Shown here: piece after piece, positions 1-10,213 of the stretch
How the letters are laid out: each line of letters opens with the position of its first letter
How positions within the stretch are numbered: the first letter of the stretch is position 1
NCBI GenBank assembly: GCA_036510975.1
Contig: DATCCY010000155.1
Span: 3,035-27,034 of the forward strand
DNA length: 24,000 nt
Reading direction: 5' to 3'
DNA from: Candidatus Nanopelagicales bacterium
GTDB lineage: Bacteria; Actinomycetota; Actinomycetes; S36-B12; CAIYMF01
The notes under the pieces: generated by a model
Database searches by the model: none
What the model was told of the DNA's origin: nothing
The model's input: the letters and a program-made list of their open reading frames with translations, nothing else
Program-made: the position numbers and the translations under genes

Positions 1-1
1 C

Positions 2-2215
2 TGGCAGGACATCCACGAGCTGCTCGCGGCGGGGATCGACGTCGTGTCCACGGTCAACATCCAGCACCTCGAGTCGCTCAACGACGTCGTCGAGGCGATC
101 ACCGGGGTCAAGCAGCGCGAGACCGTGCCCGACGCCGTGGTGCGCGCGGCCGACCAGCTCGAGCTGGTCGACATGAGTCCCGAGTCGCTACGCCGACGGC
201 TGGCGCACGGCAACGTCTATGCACCCGAGAAGGTCGACGCCGCGCTCGGCAACTACTTCCGCGTCGGTAACCTCACGGCGCTTCGCGAGCTCGCCCTGCT
301 CTGGGTCGCGGATCGCGTCGAGGAAGGGCTCGAGCGCTACCGCGAGCAGCACGGGATCCAGGGCACGTGGGCCGCGCGCACGCGCATCGTCGTGGCGCTG
401 ACCGGCGGCGACGAGGGCGACGCGCTGCTGCGCCGCGGGGCCCTGATCGCCGGCCGCTCCGCCGGGCGCGACCTGACCGCGGTCCATGTGGTCCGCGGCG
501 ACGGCACGATGGGTGCGCGACCGGACTCGATCGCCCGGCTGCGCCAGCTCACCGAGGACCTCGGCGGCAGCTTCCACACGGTCGTCGGCGACGACATCGC
601 GACGGCGGTGCTCGAGTTCGCCCGGTCGGTCAACGGCACGCAGGTCGTGGTCGGCGTCTCCCGCCGTGGACTCCTGAGCAGGGCCCTGCGGCCGAGCACC
701 GCCGACCTCATCGTGCGGGAATCGCACGACATCGACGTCCACGTCGTGACCCACGACGTCGCGACCCTCAGCGGGTCGCGGGACCGGGCTCGCAGGCTCC
801 ATGGCGCCCGCAGCAGATGGGCGTGGGCCCTGGCTGTCGCGCTCCCGCTGCTCCTCACGGCGCTCCTGCACCCGATCCGGGACTCCGTGACGCTGAGCAC
901 GGTCCTGCTCGCGTACCTGATCGGCGTGGTCCTCTCCTCGCTCGTGGGCGGGCTGCCCCCGGCGGTCGTCACGGCGGTCGAGGCGAGTCTGCTGGCCAAC
1001 TACTACTTCGTCCCCCCGGTCGGCACCTTCACCATCGCCAAGCCGGAGAACGCCTTCGCCATCGTCGTGTTCATCGGCGTCGGCGCGGTCGTGGCGACGA
1101 TCGTGGACCGCAGTGCTGCTCGCGCCGCGGAGGCCGCGCGGCGCGGCGCGGAGGCCAACGTGCTGGCCTCGCTGTCCGCGGGCGTGCTGCGCCGGCGCGA
1201 CGGCGTACGAGCCCTGCTCGACCAGGCTCGTGAGACCTTCGGCATGACGAGCGCCGCTCTGTTCGAGACCGTGCCGGGGTCGACCACGACGTCGATCATC
1301 GAGGTGTCGGGCGAGAACCCGCCCACCTCGCCCGACCGCGCGGACGTCGCGGTCGACGCCGGGCCAGGACTGACCCTCGCGCTGTCCGGCGCGCCGCTTG
1401 CCGCGAGCGACCGACGGATCCTCGACGCGTTCGCGGCCCAGGCCGGCGCCGTCCTCGAGCGCAACCGGCTCGCCGTCAAGGCAGACGACGCCGCCAGGCT
1501 CCGCGAGTCTGACGCGACCCGCACCGCGCTGCTCGCGGCCGTGTCGCACGATCTGCGCACGCCGCTCGCCGGCATCAAGGCGTCGATCACGACGCTCGAG
1601 GACCCGGCGCTCCAGCTGTCCGAGGCCGACCGTGCCGCGCTGCTCCACGACGCCGCCGACAGTGCGGACCGACTCGATTCGCTCGTCTCGAACCTGCTCG
1701 ACCTGAGCCGGATCCAGACCGGTGCCGTGCGACCGCGGCTGGAGCCGACGTCGCTGGACGAGGTGCTGCAGCGCGCGTTGCGCGGCGTGCCGGACGAGGC
1801 GGTCGACGACGAGACCGACGACACCGTCCCGCTGGTCGTGACCGACGCCGGACTGCTCGAGCGGTCCGTGGCCAACCTCGTCGAGAACGCGGTGCGCCAC
1901 TCCCCCGGCGGTCGGCGCGTGCGCCTGTGTGCCGCCGTCGTACCGGGCGGGTCGCTCCAGCTGCGGATCGTCGACCAGGGTCCCGGGGTGCCCGAGGACG
2001 ATCGCGACCGCATGTTTCAGCCGTTCCAGCGCCTCGGCGACGTGCCGGCCGGGAACGGTGTCGGGCTGGGCCTCGCCGTGGCGCGCGGGCTCGCCGAGGC
2101 CGTGGGTGCGACGCTGGAGGCCGAGGACACGCCGGGAGGGGGGCTCACGATGGTGCTCTCCCTGCCGCTGGCCCCGGCCGAGCAGGACGACGGCACGGCA
2201 GCGGTGACGCCGTGA
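2..2215 (+). CDS. kdpD: Sensor histidine kinase KdpD (5'-truncated by window edge)
   Basis: The reading frame is open from nt 2 (WQDIHELLAAGIDVVSTVNIQHLESLNDVV, typical KdpD N-terminal domain), so the M at 44 is internal. It has a Usp-like segment, a block of hydrophobic helices (WAWALAVALPLLLTALL, LSTVLLAYLIGVVLSSLVGGL, AFAIVVFIGVGAVVATIV), the H-box SHDLRTPL, and N/G boxes (NLVENAVRHSP, DQGPGV, GLGLAV). Stop TGA is at 2213-2215. Confidence 0.9.
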   Translation, partial: WQDIHELLAAGIDVVSTVNIQHLESLNDVVEAITGVKQRETVPDAVVRAADQLELVDMSPESLRRRLAHGNVYAPEKVDAALGNYFRVGNLTALRELALLWVADRVEEGLERYREQHGIQGTWAARTRIVVALTGGDEGDALLRRGALIAGRSAGRDLTAVHVVRGDGTMGARPDSIARLRQLTEDLGGSFHTVVGDDIATAVLEFARSVNGTQVVVGVSRRGLLSRALRPSTADLIVRESHDIDVHVVTHDVATLSGSRDRARRLHGARSRWAWALAVALPLLLTALLHPIRDSVTLSTVLLAYLIGVVLSSLVGGLPPAVVTAVEASLLANYYFVPPVGTFTIAKPENAFAIVVFIGVGAVVATIVDRSAARAAEAARRGAEANVLASLSAGVLRRRDGVRALLDQARETFGMTSAALFETVPGSTTTSIIEVSGENPPTSPDRADVAVDAGPGLTLALSGAPLAASDRRILDAFAAQAGAVLERNRLAVKADDAARLRESDATRTALLAAVSHDLRTPLAGIKASITTLEDPALQLSEADRAALLHDAADSADRLDSLVSNLLDLSRIQTGAVRPRLEPTSLDEVLQRALRGVPDEAVDDETDDTVPLVVTDAGLLERSVANLVENAVRHSPGGRRVRLCAAVVPGGSLQLRIVDQGPGVPEDDRDRMFQPFQRLGDVPAGNGVGLGLAVARGLAEAVGATLEAEDTPGGGLTMVLSLPLAPAEQDDGTAAVTP

Positions 2216-2895
2216 CCCGGGTCCTCGTGGTCGACGACGACGCCGCACTCTCGCGGGCGCTCGCGATCAACCTGCGCGCACGCGGGTTCGAGGTGGGCGT
2301 CGCGGGAACCGGTCGTGAGGCCCTCGACGTGCTGGCCCGGCTGAACCCCGACGTGGTCGTGCTGGATCTCGGCCTGCCCGACCTCGACGGAATCGAGGTG
2401 CTGCACGGCATCCGCGGCTGGAACGACGTCCCGGTGCTCGTCCTGTCCGCCCGCACGACCAGCGACGAGAAGGTCGACGCCCTCGACGCCGGCGCCGACG
2501 ACTACGTCACCAAGCCGTTCGAGATGAACGAGCTGCTGGCACGAATACGTGCCTCGGCGCGACGCGGCAGGAAGTCCGACGAGTCCGGCACGGGACCCGT
2601 GGTGACGACGTCGACCTTCACGATCGACCTCGCGGCCGGCGTCGTGTCACGCAACGGCGCGCACGTGCGGCTCACCCCGACCGAGTACCACCTGCTCGAG
2701 GTGCTGGCGCGCAACGTCGGGCGGCTCGTCCCCCAGCAGCAGCTGCTGACCGAGGTCTGGGGGCCGGGCTACGAGAAGGAGACGCACTACCTGCGCGTCT
2801 ACCTGGCCCAGCTGCGCCGCAAGCTCGAGGACGACCCGTCCTCGCCCCGCCACCTGATCACCGAGCCCGGCCTCGGCTACCGCCTCGACCCTTGA
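2212..2895 (+). CDS. kdpE: OmpR/PhoB-family response regulator KdpE
   Basis: The GTG at 2212 overlaps the kdpD stop (GTGA), indicating translational coupling. It has a receiver domain (RVLVVDDD, VVLDLGLPDLDG, KPF) and a C-terminal winged helix (LTPTEYHLLEVLARN, LRVYLAQLRRKLE, GLGYRL). The upstream part of track ORF 1927..2895 lies inside kdpD and is rejected. Confidence 0.9.
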   Translation: MTRVLVVDDDAALSRALAINLRARGFEVGVAGTGREALDVLARLNPDVVVLDLGLPDLDGIEVLHGIRGWNDVPVLVLSARTTSDEKVDALDAGADDYVTKPFEMNELLARIRASARRGRKSDESGTGPVVTTSTFTIDLAAGVVSRNGAHVRLTPTEYHLLEVLARNVGRLVPQQQLLTEVWGPGYEKETHYLRVYLAQLRRKLEDDPSSPRHLITEPGLGYRLDP

Positions 2896-3015
2896 GCGGG
2901 CGCGTCGCTGCGGGCGCCGCACCGGCTCCTCTGGCGCGCACAGGAACTCGCCTCAGCTCGCCAGGGTTGGTGAAAGGGTTGTGACTCGGAACGGTCTGCC
3001 TGTCAGGCTGGCGGT

Positions 3016-3492
3016 GTGGATCAGCGACGAGCTAGCAGCGAGGATCGGCTCAGCATCCAGCAGCTTCTCTATCCGGACCTGCCCTGCTTCGGCTGCGGTC
3101 CGGCGAACGCGAAAGGACTGCAGCTGCGCAGCTATCCGGTCGAGGACGCGGTGATCGCAACGTTCACTCCGTGGCCCGAGCACGACAACGGTCTGGGGTT
3201 CCTCAACGGTGGCATCATCTCCACGGTACTGGACTGTCACAGCGCTGCGGCTGTGCTGTGGGAGGCGGACCGGCGGGGGTGGGCTGCTGCGTCCGGTGCG
3301 GCGCTTCCCTACGTGACGGCCGGGCTCGACGTGAGATTCCTGCGCCCGAGCCCGCTGGCGAGCGAGGTCGAGCTGACCGCACACGTGGAGGAGGCCACCG
3401 AAGCGGAGATCCGTTGCGAGGTCGAGCTGGTGTGGGAGGGAAAGACCCGGGCGGCGGCCACCGCGGTCTGGAAGCGGTGGCGGCCACGCTGA
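3016..3492 (+). CDS. PaaI-family / hotdog-fold thioesterase
   Basis: 158-aa ORF with GC3-rich codon usage. The CFGCGPANAKGLQL motif, followed by NGGIISTVLDCH and a strand-rich C-terminus, is typical of PaaI-like hotdog thioesterases. The start (GTG 3016) is not certain. Confidence 0.65.
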   Translation: MDQRRASSEDRLSIQQLLYPDLPCFGCGPANAKGLQLRSYPVEDAVIATFTPWPEHDNGLGFLNGGIISTVLDCHSAAAVLWEADRRGWAAASGAALPYVTAGLDVRFLRPSPLASEVELTAHVEEATEAEIRCEVELVWEGKTRAAATAVWKRWRPR

Positions 3493-3629
3493 CACGACCG
3501 CGAGCCCGAGCCCGCGCATCGTGTGCTTCCTCACAACTGCGCCGGAGCCGGGTGCCCACAGATGTCCGACACGGTCATGTCCCGGCTCGCGGCGCTACGG
3601 TGGCACGGTCCGCGACGCGAGGAGCGACC

Positions 3630-4058
3630 GTGAGCGACCAGGTGCCCGACGATCCCTTTGCCGCCCCGCCCGGGGGCTTCCCGCCGCCCCCGCCGGGTTA
3701 CGGGCATCCGGCTTACGCGGGCACCGAGCCGCCGCTGTCTCCGTCGGACGAGCGGCTGTGGGCGTTGCTGGCTCATCTGTCGATCTTCGTGCTCTCGATC
3801 ATCGGCCCGATCCTCATCCTGGTGGTCTTCGGCAAGCGGTCCGCGTTCGTGGCCGACCAGTCCAAGGAAGCGCTGAACTTCCACATCACGGTCGTCATCG
3901 CCGGGATCGTCAGCTTCCTGCTCTGCTTCGTTCTCATCGGCTTCGTGCTCCTGCCCATCGTCATCATCGGCTCGATGGTGCTGGGCGTCATCGGCGGTCT
4001 CCAGGCCAACCAGGGAATCGCCTACCGCTACCCGGCGACCCTCCGACTGGTCTCCTGA
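3630..4058 (+). CDS. DUF4870-type small membrane protein with Pro-rich N-terminus
   Basis: GTG at 3630 is preceded by GGAGCGA. The N-terminus is PPGGFPPPPPGYGHPAYAG. This is followed by ERLWALLAHLSIFV...FGKRSAFVADQSKEALNFHITVVIA and two more hydrophobic helices, the pattern I associate with DUF4870. The long 5' extension of track ORF 3171..4058 overlaps the thioesterase and is rejected. Confidence 0.65.
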   Translation: MSDQVPDDPFAAPPGGFPPPPPGYGHPAYAGTEPPLSPSDERLWALLAHLSIFVLSIIGPILILVVFGKRSAFVADQSKEALNFHITVVIAGIVSFLLCFVLIGFVLLPIVIIGSMVLGVIGGLQANQGIAYRYPATLRLVS

Positions 4059-4208
4059 GCGCATCTCCGAGGGGGCGCGATGCGGAGCCCGGGACGACTG
4101 CGAGGACGCCTGGGCACGTTGGGGTACGAGACGGCCCTCGCGCAGCATGACCGCACCTGATGCTGCCGGGCACTCCTCGGCCGCGCACAGGGATGCCGCC
4201 TCCGGGGG

Positions 4209-4985
4209 TCAGGCGCCTGCGACCCAGTCGAGCCAGGCGTCGACCCCCTCGCCGGTCTTGCTGCTCACCATGAGCACCCGGGCGTGCGGGTTCACCGCGG
4301 CGAGGTTGCGACGGAACAGGTTCATGTCGACGTCGAGGTGCGGCAGCAGGTCGATCTTGTTGACCACGACGACGTCGGCGGTTCGGAACATCACCGGGTA
4401 CTTGAGCGGCTTCTCCTCGCCCTCGGTCGGCGAGTAGACCATCGCCCGTGCGCTCTCCCCGACGTCGAACTCGGCCGGGCACACGAGGTTCCCCACGTTC
4501 TCGATGAACAGCAGGTCGATGTCGGCGAGCGGCACCCGGCCGAGCGCCGAGCGGACCATCGGCGCGTCGAGGTGGCACTCGCCACCGAACCCGTTGCCGG
4601 TGTTCACGAGCGCGACGGAGGCACCGAGGCCCTCGAGCCGGTCGGCGTCGATGCTCGTCTCGATGTCGCCCTCGATGATGCCGACGCGCGACTTCCCCTG
4701 CAGCCGAACGAGGGTCTCGCGCAACAGGGTCGTCTTGCCCGCACCTGGAGAGGACATCAGGTTGACGACGCGCACGCCGTGCTCCGCGAAGTCGGCGCGG
4801 TTCGCCGCCGCGACGCGGTCGTTCTCGTCGAAGATCGCCTCGAGGACCTGCACGCGCTCGGTGCCGGTCTCGTAGCCGGTCATGTCCCCGACGTCGCGAC
4901 CGGCGTCGTGGGCGTGCGCGTGCCCGTCGGCGGCGTGGTCGTGGTCGTGCTCGGTGCCGTCGTCATGGCGGTGGAAACGTCCCAT
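4209..4985 (-). CDS. hypB: Hydrogenase nickel-incorporation GTPase HypB
   Basis: ATG at 4985 has a GGAGG 6 nt upstream. It has a P-loop SSPGAGKTTLL, GECHLD, ENVGNLVCPAEFD and NKIDL motifs. The N-terminus is His-rich (HRHDDGTEHDHDHAADGHAHAHD). Confidence 0.93.
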   Translation of the reverse strand: MGRFHRHDDGTEHDHDHAADGHAHAHDAGRDVGDMTGYETGTERVQVLEAIFDENDRVAAANRADFAEHGVRVVNLMSSPGAGKTTLLRETLVRLQGKSRVGIIEGDIETSIDADRLEGLGASVALVNTGNGFGGECHLDAPMVRSALGRVPLADIDLLFIENVGNLVCPAEFDVGESARAMVYSPTEGEEKPLKYPVMFRTADVVVVNKIDLLPHLDVDMNLFRRNLAAVNPHARVLMVSSKTGEGVDAWLDWVAGA

Positions 4986-4986
4986 G

Positions 4987-5325
4987 TCAGGCCTCCTGCA
5001 GCTCGATCGAGGTCACGAGGAGCTCCTCGCCGGCGGTTACGGCCACGGCCGTGCTGCCGCAGGAACCGCACATCATCCGCATCTCCTCGAGCAGGGTGGT
5101 GGCGCCGCAGTCGCGGCACTCGATGGCCGCCGGCACGTGGTCGACGTCGAGGACGCTGCCCTCGCACGTCGTACCCTCGTTGACGATCCCCCAGCAGTAG
5201 ACCAGCGTGTCCGGCACCACCTGACGCAGCTGCCCCACCTGAAGGTGCACGACGGTGACCCGTCGGTCCTCGGCGTGACGCCGCACGATCGTGCCGATCG
5301 ACTGGCACAGCGAGAGCTCGTGCAC
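4987..5325 (-). CDS. hypA: Hydrogenase nickel insertion metallochaperone HypA
   Basis: GTG at 5325 gives the N-terminus (M)HELSLC, the conserved MHE nickel site. The zinc site is CRDCG...CGSCG. The gene starts 1 nt after the hypE stop. The remainder of track ORF 4987..5748 lies inside hypE in another frame. Confidence 0.9.
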   Translation of the reverse strand: MHELSLCQSIGTIVRRHAEDRRVTVVHLQVGQLRQVVPDTLVYCWGIVNEGTTCEGSVLDVDHVPAAIECRDCGATTLLEEMRMMCGSCGSTAVAVTAGEELLVTSIELQEA

Positions 5326-5326
5326 G

Positions 5327-6391
5327 TCAGCAGATCCTCGGGAGCTGCTCCGCGAGCGGCAGGTCCACCACCCGCGTGCCGCCGATGCCGGTGCGCGCGA
5401 CAACGACGCCAGGGTGCTCCTCGACGACGGTGCCGATGCGCACCGCACCCACGCCGTACTCGTGCGCGTGCATCGTGGCGAGCGCGAGTTCCGCGTGCTC
5501 GGCGGCGACGAACGCGACGAGCTTGCCCTCGTTGGCGACGTAGAGCGGGTCGAGGCCGAGGAAGCCGCAGGCGGCTCGCACGGCGTCGGGTACGGGGACC
5601 GCGCGCTCCTCGATCGCGACGCCGGTGCGCGAGCTCCTCGCGATCTCGTTGAGGGTCGCCGCGACGCCGCCTCGCGTGGGGTCGCGCAGCATGTGCACGT
5701 CGGTCCCGCTCGCGAGCAGGGCCGCGACGAGCCCGTTGAGCGGCGCACAGTCGGTCTCGATCTCCGAGCCGAACTCCAGGCCTTCGCGGACGCTCATCAC
5801 GGCGATGCCGTGCAGGGCGATCGGACCGGACACGATCACGGCGTCGCCGGGATGCACCCGGTGGGGCCCGAGGTCGACGCCCTCGTCGATGACCCCGATT
5901 CCGGTGGTCGTGATGTAGACGCCGTCCCCGTGGCCAGAGTCGACGACCTTGGTGTCACCGGTGACGATGCCGACGCCGGCACGACGGGCAGCGCGCCCCA
6001 TCGTGCGGGCGATGAGGTCGAGCTCGGCGAGCTGCAGGCCCTCCTCGAGCACCATGCCGACGGCGAGGTGCAGCGGCCGCGCGCCGGTCATGGCGACGTC
6101 GTTGACCGTCCCGTTCACCGCGAGGTCGCCGACGTTTCCCCCGGGGAAGAACCGCGGCCGTACGACGAAGGAGTCCGTGCTCATCGCGATACGTCCGCCG
6201 TTGATGCCGAGCACCGCGGCGTCACCGAGCTGCCCGAGCACGCCGCCGTCGTCGCCGTAGGCCGGCAGCAGCAGGTGCTCGACGAGGTCGGAGGACAGCG
6301 CGCCTCCACCGCCGTGCCCCATGACGACCTGCGGGTGGTCGCGCAGCGGCATCGGGCACGACCAGCCCTCGAGGTCGACCTGCTCGCTCAT
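5327..6391 (-). CDS. hypE: Hydrogenase maturation carbamoyl dehydratase HypE
   Basis: 354 aa with a PurM/AIR-synthase-like sequence (GDLAVNGTVNDVAMTGA, GDTKVV). The C-terminus is PRIC, which carries the cysteine known to be thiocyanated. GGAAGGA lies upstream of ATG 6391. Confidence 0.93.
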   Translation of the reverse strand: MSEQVDLEGWSCPMPLRDHPQVVMGHGGGGALSSDLVEHLLLPAYGDDGGVLGQLGDAAVLGINGGRIAMSTDSFVVRPRFFPGGNVGDLAVNGTVNDVAMTGARPLHLAVGMVLEEGLQLAELDLIARTMGRAARRAGVGIVTGDTKVVDSGHGDGVYITTTGIGVIDEGVDLGPHRVHPGDAVIVSGPIALHGIAVMSVREGLEFGSEIETDCAPLNGLVAALLASGTDVHMLRDPTRGGVAATLNEIARSSRTGVAIEERAVPVPDAVRAACGFLGLDPLYVANEGKLVAFVAAEHAELALATMHAHEYGVGAVRIGTVVEEHPGVVVARTGIGGTRVVDLPLAEQLPRIC

Positions 6392-6419
6392 CGTGTCCTT
6401 CCGCGGTGCCGGCTTCCCG

Positions 6420-7532
<1,113 letters not shown>

Positions 7533-7536
7533 CGGG

Positions 7537-7812
7537 TCAGCCCGTCGCGGTGGTCGGCGGGGTCTGGACGACGCCCAGCTCCTCGTCGAGGAGACCTACG
7601 GAGCGGAAGAGCTCGAGGGTCTCGAGCGCGGACTTCTCGTCGAGCTTGGTGAGCGCGAAGCCCACGTGGACGATCGTGTAGTCGCCGACGACGACCTCGG
7701 GCACGTAGGCCAGGCAGATCTCCTTCGTCACCCCGCCGAAGTCGGCCGTCGCGAAGCGGGTGCCGTTCGCCTCCCACACCGCGGTCACCTGACCGGGAAC
7801 TCCCAGACACAT
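7537..7812 (-). CDS. hypC: Hydrogenase assembly chaperone HypC/HupF
   Basis: ATG at 7812 gives MCLGVPGQV with the essential Cys2. The protein is 91 aa and the gene starts 1 nt after the hypF stop. The upstream 305 codons of track ORF 7537..8727 lie inside hypF and are rejected. Confidence 0.9.
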
Positions 7813-7813
7813 C

Positions 7814-10213
7814 TCAGGCGGTCCTTCCGTTCGGGGCGGTTCGGTCAGGTGTCGGTCGTCGTTCGCCGCCACCGGCGGCGGCGACGGCGACCTGCCCGAG
7901 AGCCAGGCCACCGTCGTTGGGCGGGACGAGCTCGTGCACCAGCACCCGGAAGCCCTGGCGCTCCAGTCTGCCTCGGCAGTCCTCGCTGAGCAGCGCATTC
8001 TGGAAGACGCCACCCGTGAGTCCCACCACGGTCGTCCCGTGCGTCTCGCGCACGCGGCCGGCAGCCGTCTCCACGGCCGCCGCGACCGCACGGTGGAACC
8101 CGCGCGACGCGGTCGCCGCGCTGACTCCGTCGCGCACCGAGCGGACGGCCGCACGCACGACCGGACCTGGGTCGAGCACGACGGACCCGTCGTCGTCCCG
8201 CACGTCGAAGCGCCACTCGTCCGGGTCGACGTCCTCGCCGCGCGTGGCGGCCAGCGCCTCGAGCTCCATCGCCGCCTGCCCCTCGTGGTCGACGTCCTGG
8301 CGCACGCCGAGGACGCTGGCCACCGCGTCGAACAGCCGGCCCATGCTCGTCGTCGGCGTGCAGCCGGCCCCGCTTCGCAGCATCCCCGCGATGGCGGTGA
8401 GCTCCGTCGGACCGGCCGCGTCGATCGACGGGATGCCCGCGTCCCACGCCACCCCGGCGGCCTCGAGGTGCGCCATCGCCGTTCGCGCCGGGCGTCGCAC
8501 GGCGGCGTCGCCCCCTGGCAGGCGCACCGGGCGCAGGTGACCCGCGCGCGCGACCCCGGCGTAGGAGCCGAGCAGCAGCTCGCCGCCCCAGATGGTGCCG
8601 TCGGTGCCGAATCCCGTGCCGTCGAAGACGATCCCGAGCACCTGCTCCCCCGGCTCCACCAGGTGCTCGGCGAGGAGCGACGCGAGGTGCGCGTGATGGT
8701 GCTGCACGAGCACCGGCTCCAGCCCACGGGCCGCCGCCCGCTCGAGCGCCCACCGTCGCGAGAGGTACGCCGGGTGCGCGTCGGCGACGACGACCTCGGC
8801 GTCGACCCGGGTCAGCTCGGCGAGGGTGTCGACGACGCGGTCGAGCATCGCGAGGGTCTCGAGGTTCTCGGTGTCTCCCACGTGCTGGCTCATCCATGCA
8901 CGGCGACCGTCGGCGAGGCAGACGGCGGTCTTGAGCTCGCCGCCGACGGCGAGGGACGGCGCGGCGTCGAGCGGGAGGCCCACCGGAAGCGGTGCGTACC
9001 CGCGGCTGCGGCGTACCGGCTGCAGGGTCGCGCCGACGATCCGCACGACGGAGTCGTCGCAGGCGACGTGGATCGGCCGGTCGTGGTGCAGGAACGCGTC
9101 GGCCAGCTCGGCGAGGCGGACGTCGGCCTCGGCCGGATCGGTGCAGAGCGGCTCGTCGGAGATGTTGCCGCTCGTCATCACGAGCACGCGGGGCGGTTCG
9201 ACGCCCGGCAGCGAGGGGTGCGGCGAGAACAGCAGGAGGTGCAGCGGCGAGTACGGGAGCAGCACCCCGAGGTTGCCGACGTCGGGTGCGGCCGACTCCG
9301 CGACGGCCGCGTCGTGCCGGTCGAGCCTCCTCGCAGGCGCGAGCACGATCGGCGCCTCGGCCGAGGCCAGCGCGGCCCGCGCCGCCTCGTCGAGCTCGAC
9401 GAGCAGCTCGGCGGTCTCGAGGTCGCGCACCATGACGGCGAAGGGCTTCGAGCCGCGCTGCTTGCGCCTGCGCAGCTCGTCGACGGCATCGCCGCGGTCG
9501 GCGTCGCATGCGAGGTGGTAGCCGCCGACCCCCTTGACCGCGACGATTCCGCCGGCGTGCAGCACCCGCAGCGCGTCGGCAAGGGCGTCGTCGGCGTAGG
9601 ACGTGACCTCGGGCGACTCCGCGGACCGGAACGCGAGCTGCGGGCCGCAGTCCGGGCACGCGGTGGGCTGTGCGTGGAACCGACGGTCCGCGGGGTCGGC
9701 GTACTCGGCCGAGCAGAGCGCGCAGAGCGGGAAGCCCGCCATGGTGGTGAACGGTCGGTCGTAGGGCAGCCCGGTCACCAGCGTGTAGCGCGGTCCGCAG
9801 TAGGTGCAGGCGGTGAAGGGGTAGCGGTGGCGACGGTTCGACGGGTCGAGGACCTCCCGACGGCAGTCGGCGCACGTGGCCGTGTCCGGCGGGATGAGCG
9901 CTGCCACGCCGTCGAGGCCGGTGGTCCTGCTCTCGACGATGACGAAGCCGGACTCCCCCGTCGGCTCGACGTCGCGCGCGGAGACCGAGTCGATCGAGGC
10001 CAGCGGCGGCGGCTCGGTGCGCAGCCGGTCGAGGAAGTCCTCGACCGCGGGCGCGGGCCCCTCCACCTCGACGAACACGCCGGCGCTGTCGTTGCCGACG
10101 TGGCCGGCGAGGCCGGACGAGGTGGCCAGCGCGTGGACGAACGGGCGGAAGCCCACGCCCTGCACCACTCCGGTGATGCGCAGCGACCGCCGCACCAGCA
10201 CCGCGTTCGTCAC
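7814..10213 (-). CDS. hypF: Carbamoyltransferase HypF
   Basis: GTG at 10213 overlaps the stop of the NHL gene (GTGA). It has:
- an acylphosphatase motif (ITGVVQGVGFRPFV)
- two zinc-finger pairs (CADC...CTYCGPRY and CALC...CPDCGPQL)
- a YrdC-like segment (VAVKGVGGYHLACDA)
- a Kae1-like C-terminal domain

The product is about 799 aa. The track ORF extends 128 codons further into the NHL gene, which I reject. Confidence 0.9.
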   Translation of the reverse strand: MTNAVLVRRSLRITGVVQGVGFRPFVHALATSSGLAGHVGNDSAGVFVEVEGPAPAVEDFLDRLRTEPPPLASIDSVSARDVEPTGESGFVIVESRTTGLDGVAALIPPDTATCADCRREVLDPSNRRHRYPFTACTYCGPRYTLVTGLPYDRPFTTMAGFPLCALCSAEYADPADRRFHAQPTACPDCGPQLAFRSAESPEVTSYADDALADALRVLHAGGIVAVKGVGGYHLACDADRGDAVDELRRRKQRGSKPFAVMVRDLETAELLVELDEAARAALASAEAPIVLAPARRLDRHDAAVAESAAPDVGNLGVLLPYSPLHLLLFSPHPSLPGVEPPRVLVMTSGNISDEPLCTDPAEADVRLAELADAFLHHDRPIHVACDDSVVRIVGATLQPVRRSRGYAPLPVGLPLDAAPSLAVGGELKTAVCLADGRRAWMSQHVGDTENLETLAMLDRVVDTLAELTRVDAEVVVADAHPAYLSRRWALERAAARGLEPVLVQHHHAHLASLLAEHLVEPGEQVLGIVFDGTGFGTDGTIWGGELLLGSYAGVARAGHLRPVRLPGGDAAVRRPARTAMAHLEAAGVAWDAGIPSIDAAGPTELTAIAGMLRSGAGCTPTTSMGRLFDAVASVLGVRQDVDHEGQAAMELEALAATRGEDVDPDEWRFDVRDDDGSVVLDPGPVVRAAVRSVRDGVSAATASRGFHRAVAAAVETAAGRVRETHGTTVVGLTGGVFQNALLSEDCRGRLERQGFRVLVHELVPPNDGGLALGQVAVAAAGGGERRPTPDRTAPNGRTA

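Noticed and set aside
4059-4208. A convergent intergenic region between the DUF4870 gene and hypB, examined for a bidirectional intrinsic terminator.
   Set aside because: It contains only weak 5-6 bp stems with long loops (for example CGCATC...GATGCG) and no T/A tracts. This is not enough to call a terminator.
7537-8727. 396-aa and 253-aa ORFs (7537..8727 and 4987..5748) containing HypC and HypA at their C-termini.
   Set aside because: Only the last 91 aa (HypC) and 112 aa (HypA) match these families. The upstream parts lie inside hypF and hypE in other frames. The family-defining N-termini (MCLGVPG and MHE) fix the true starts.
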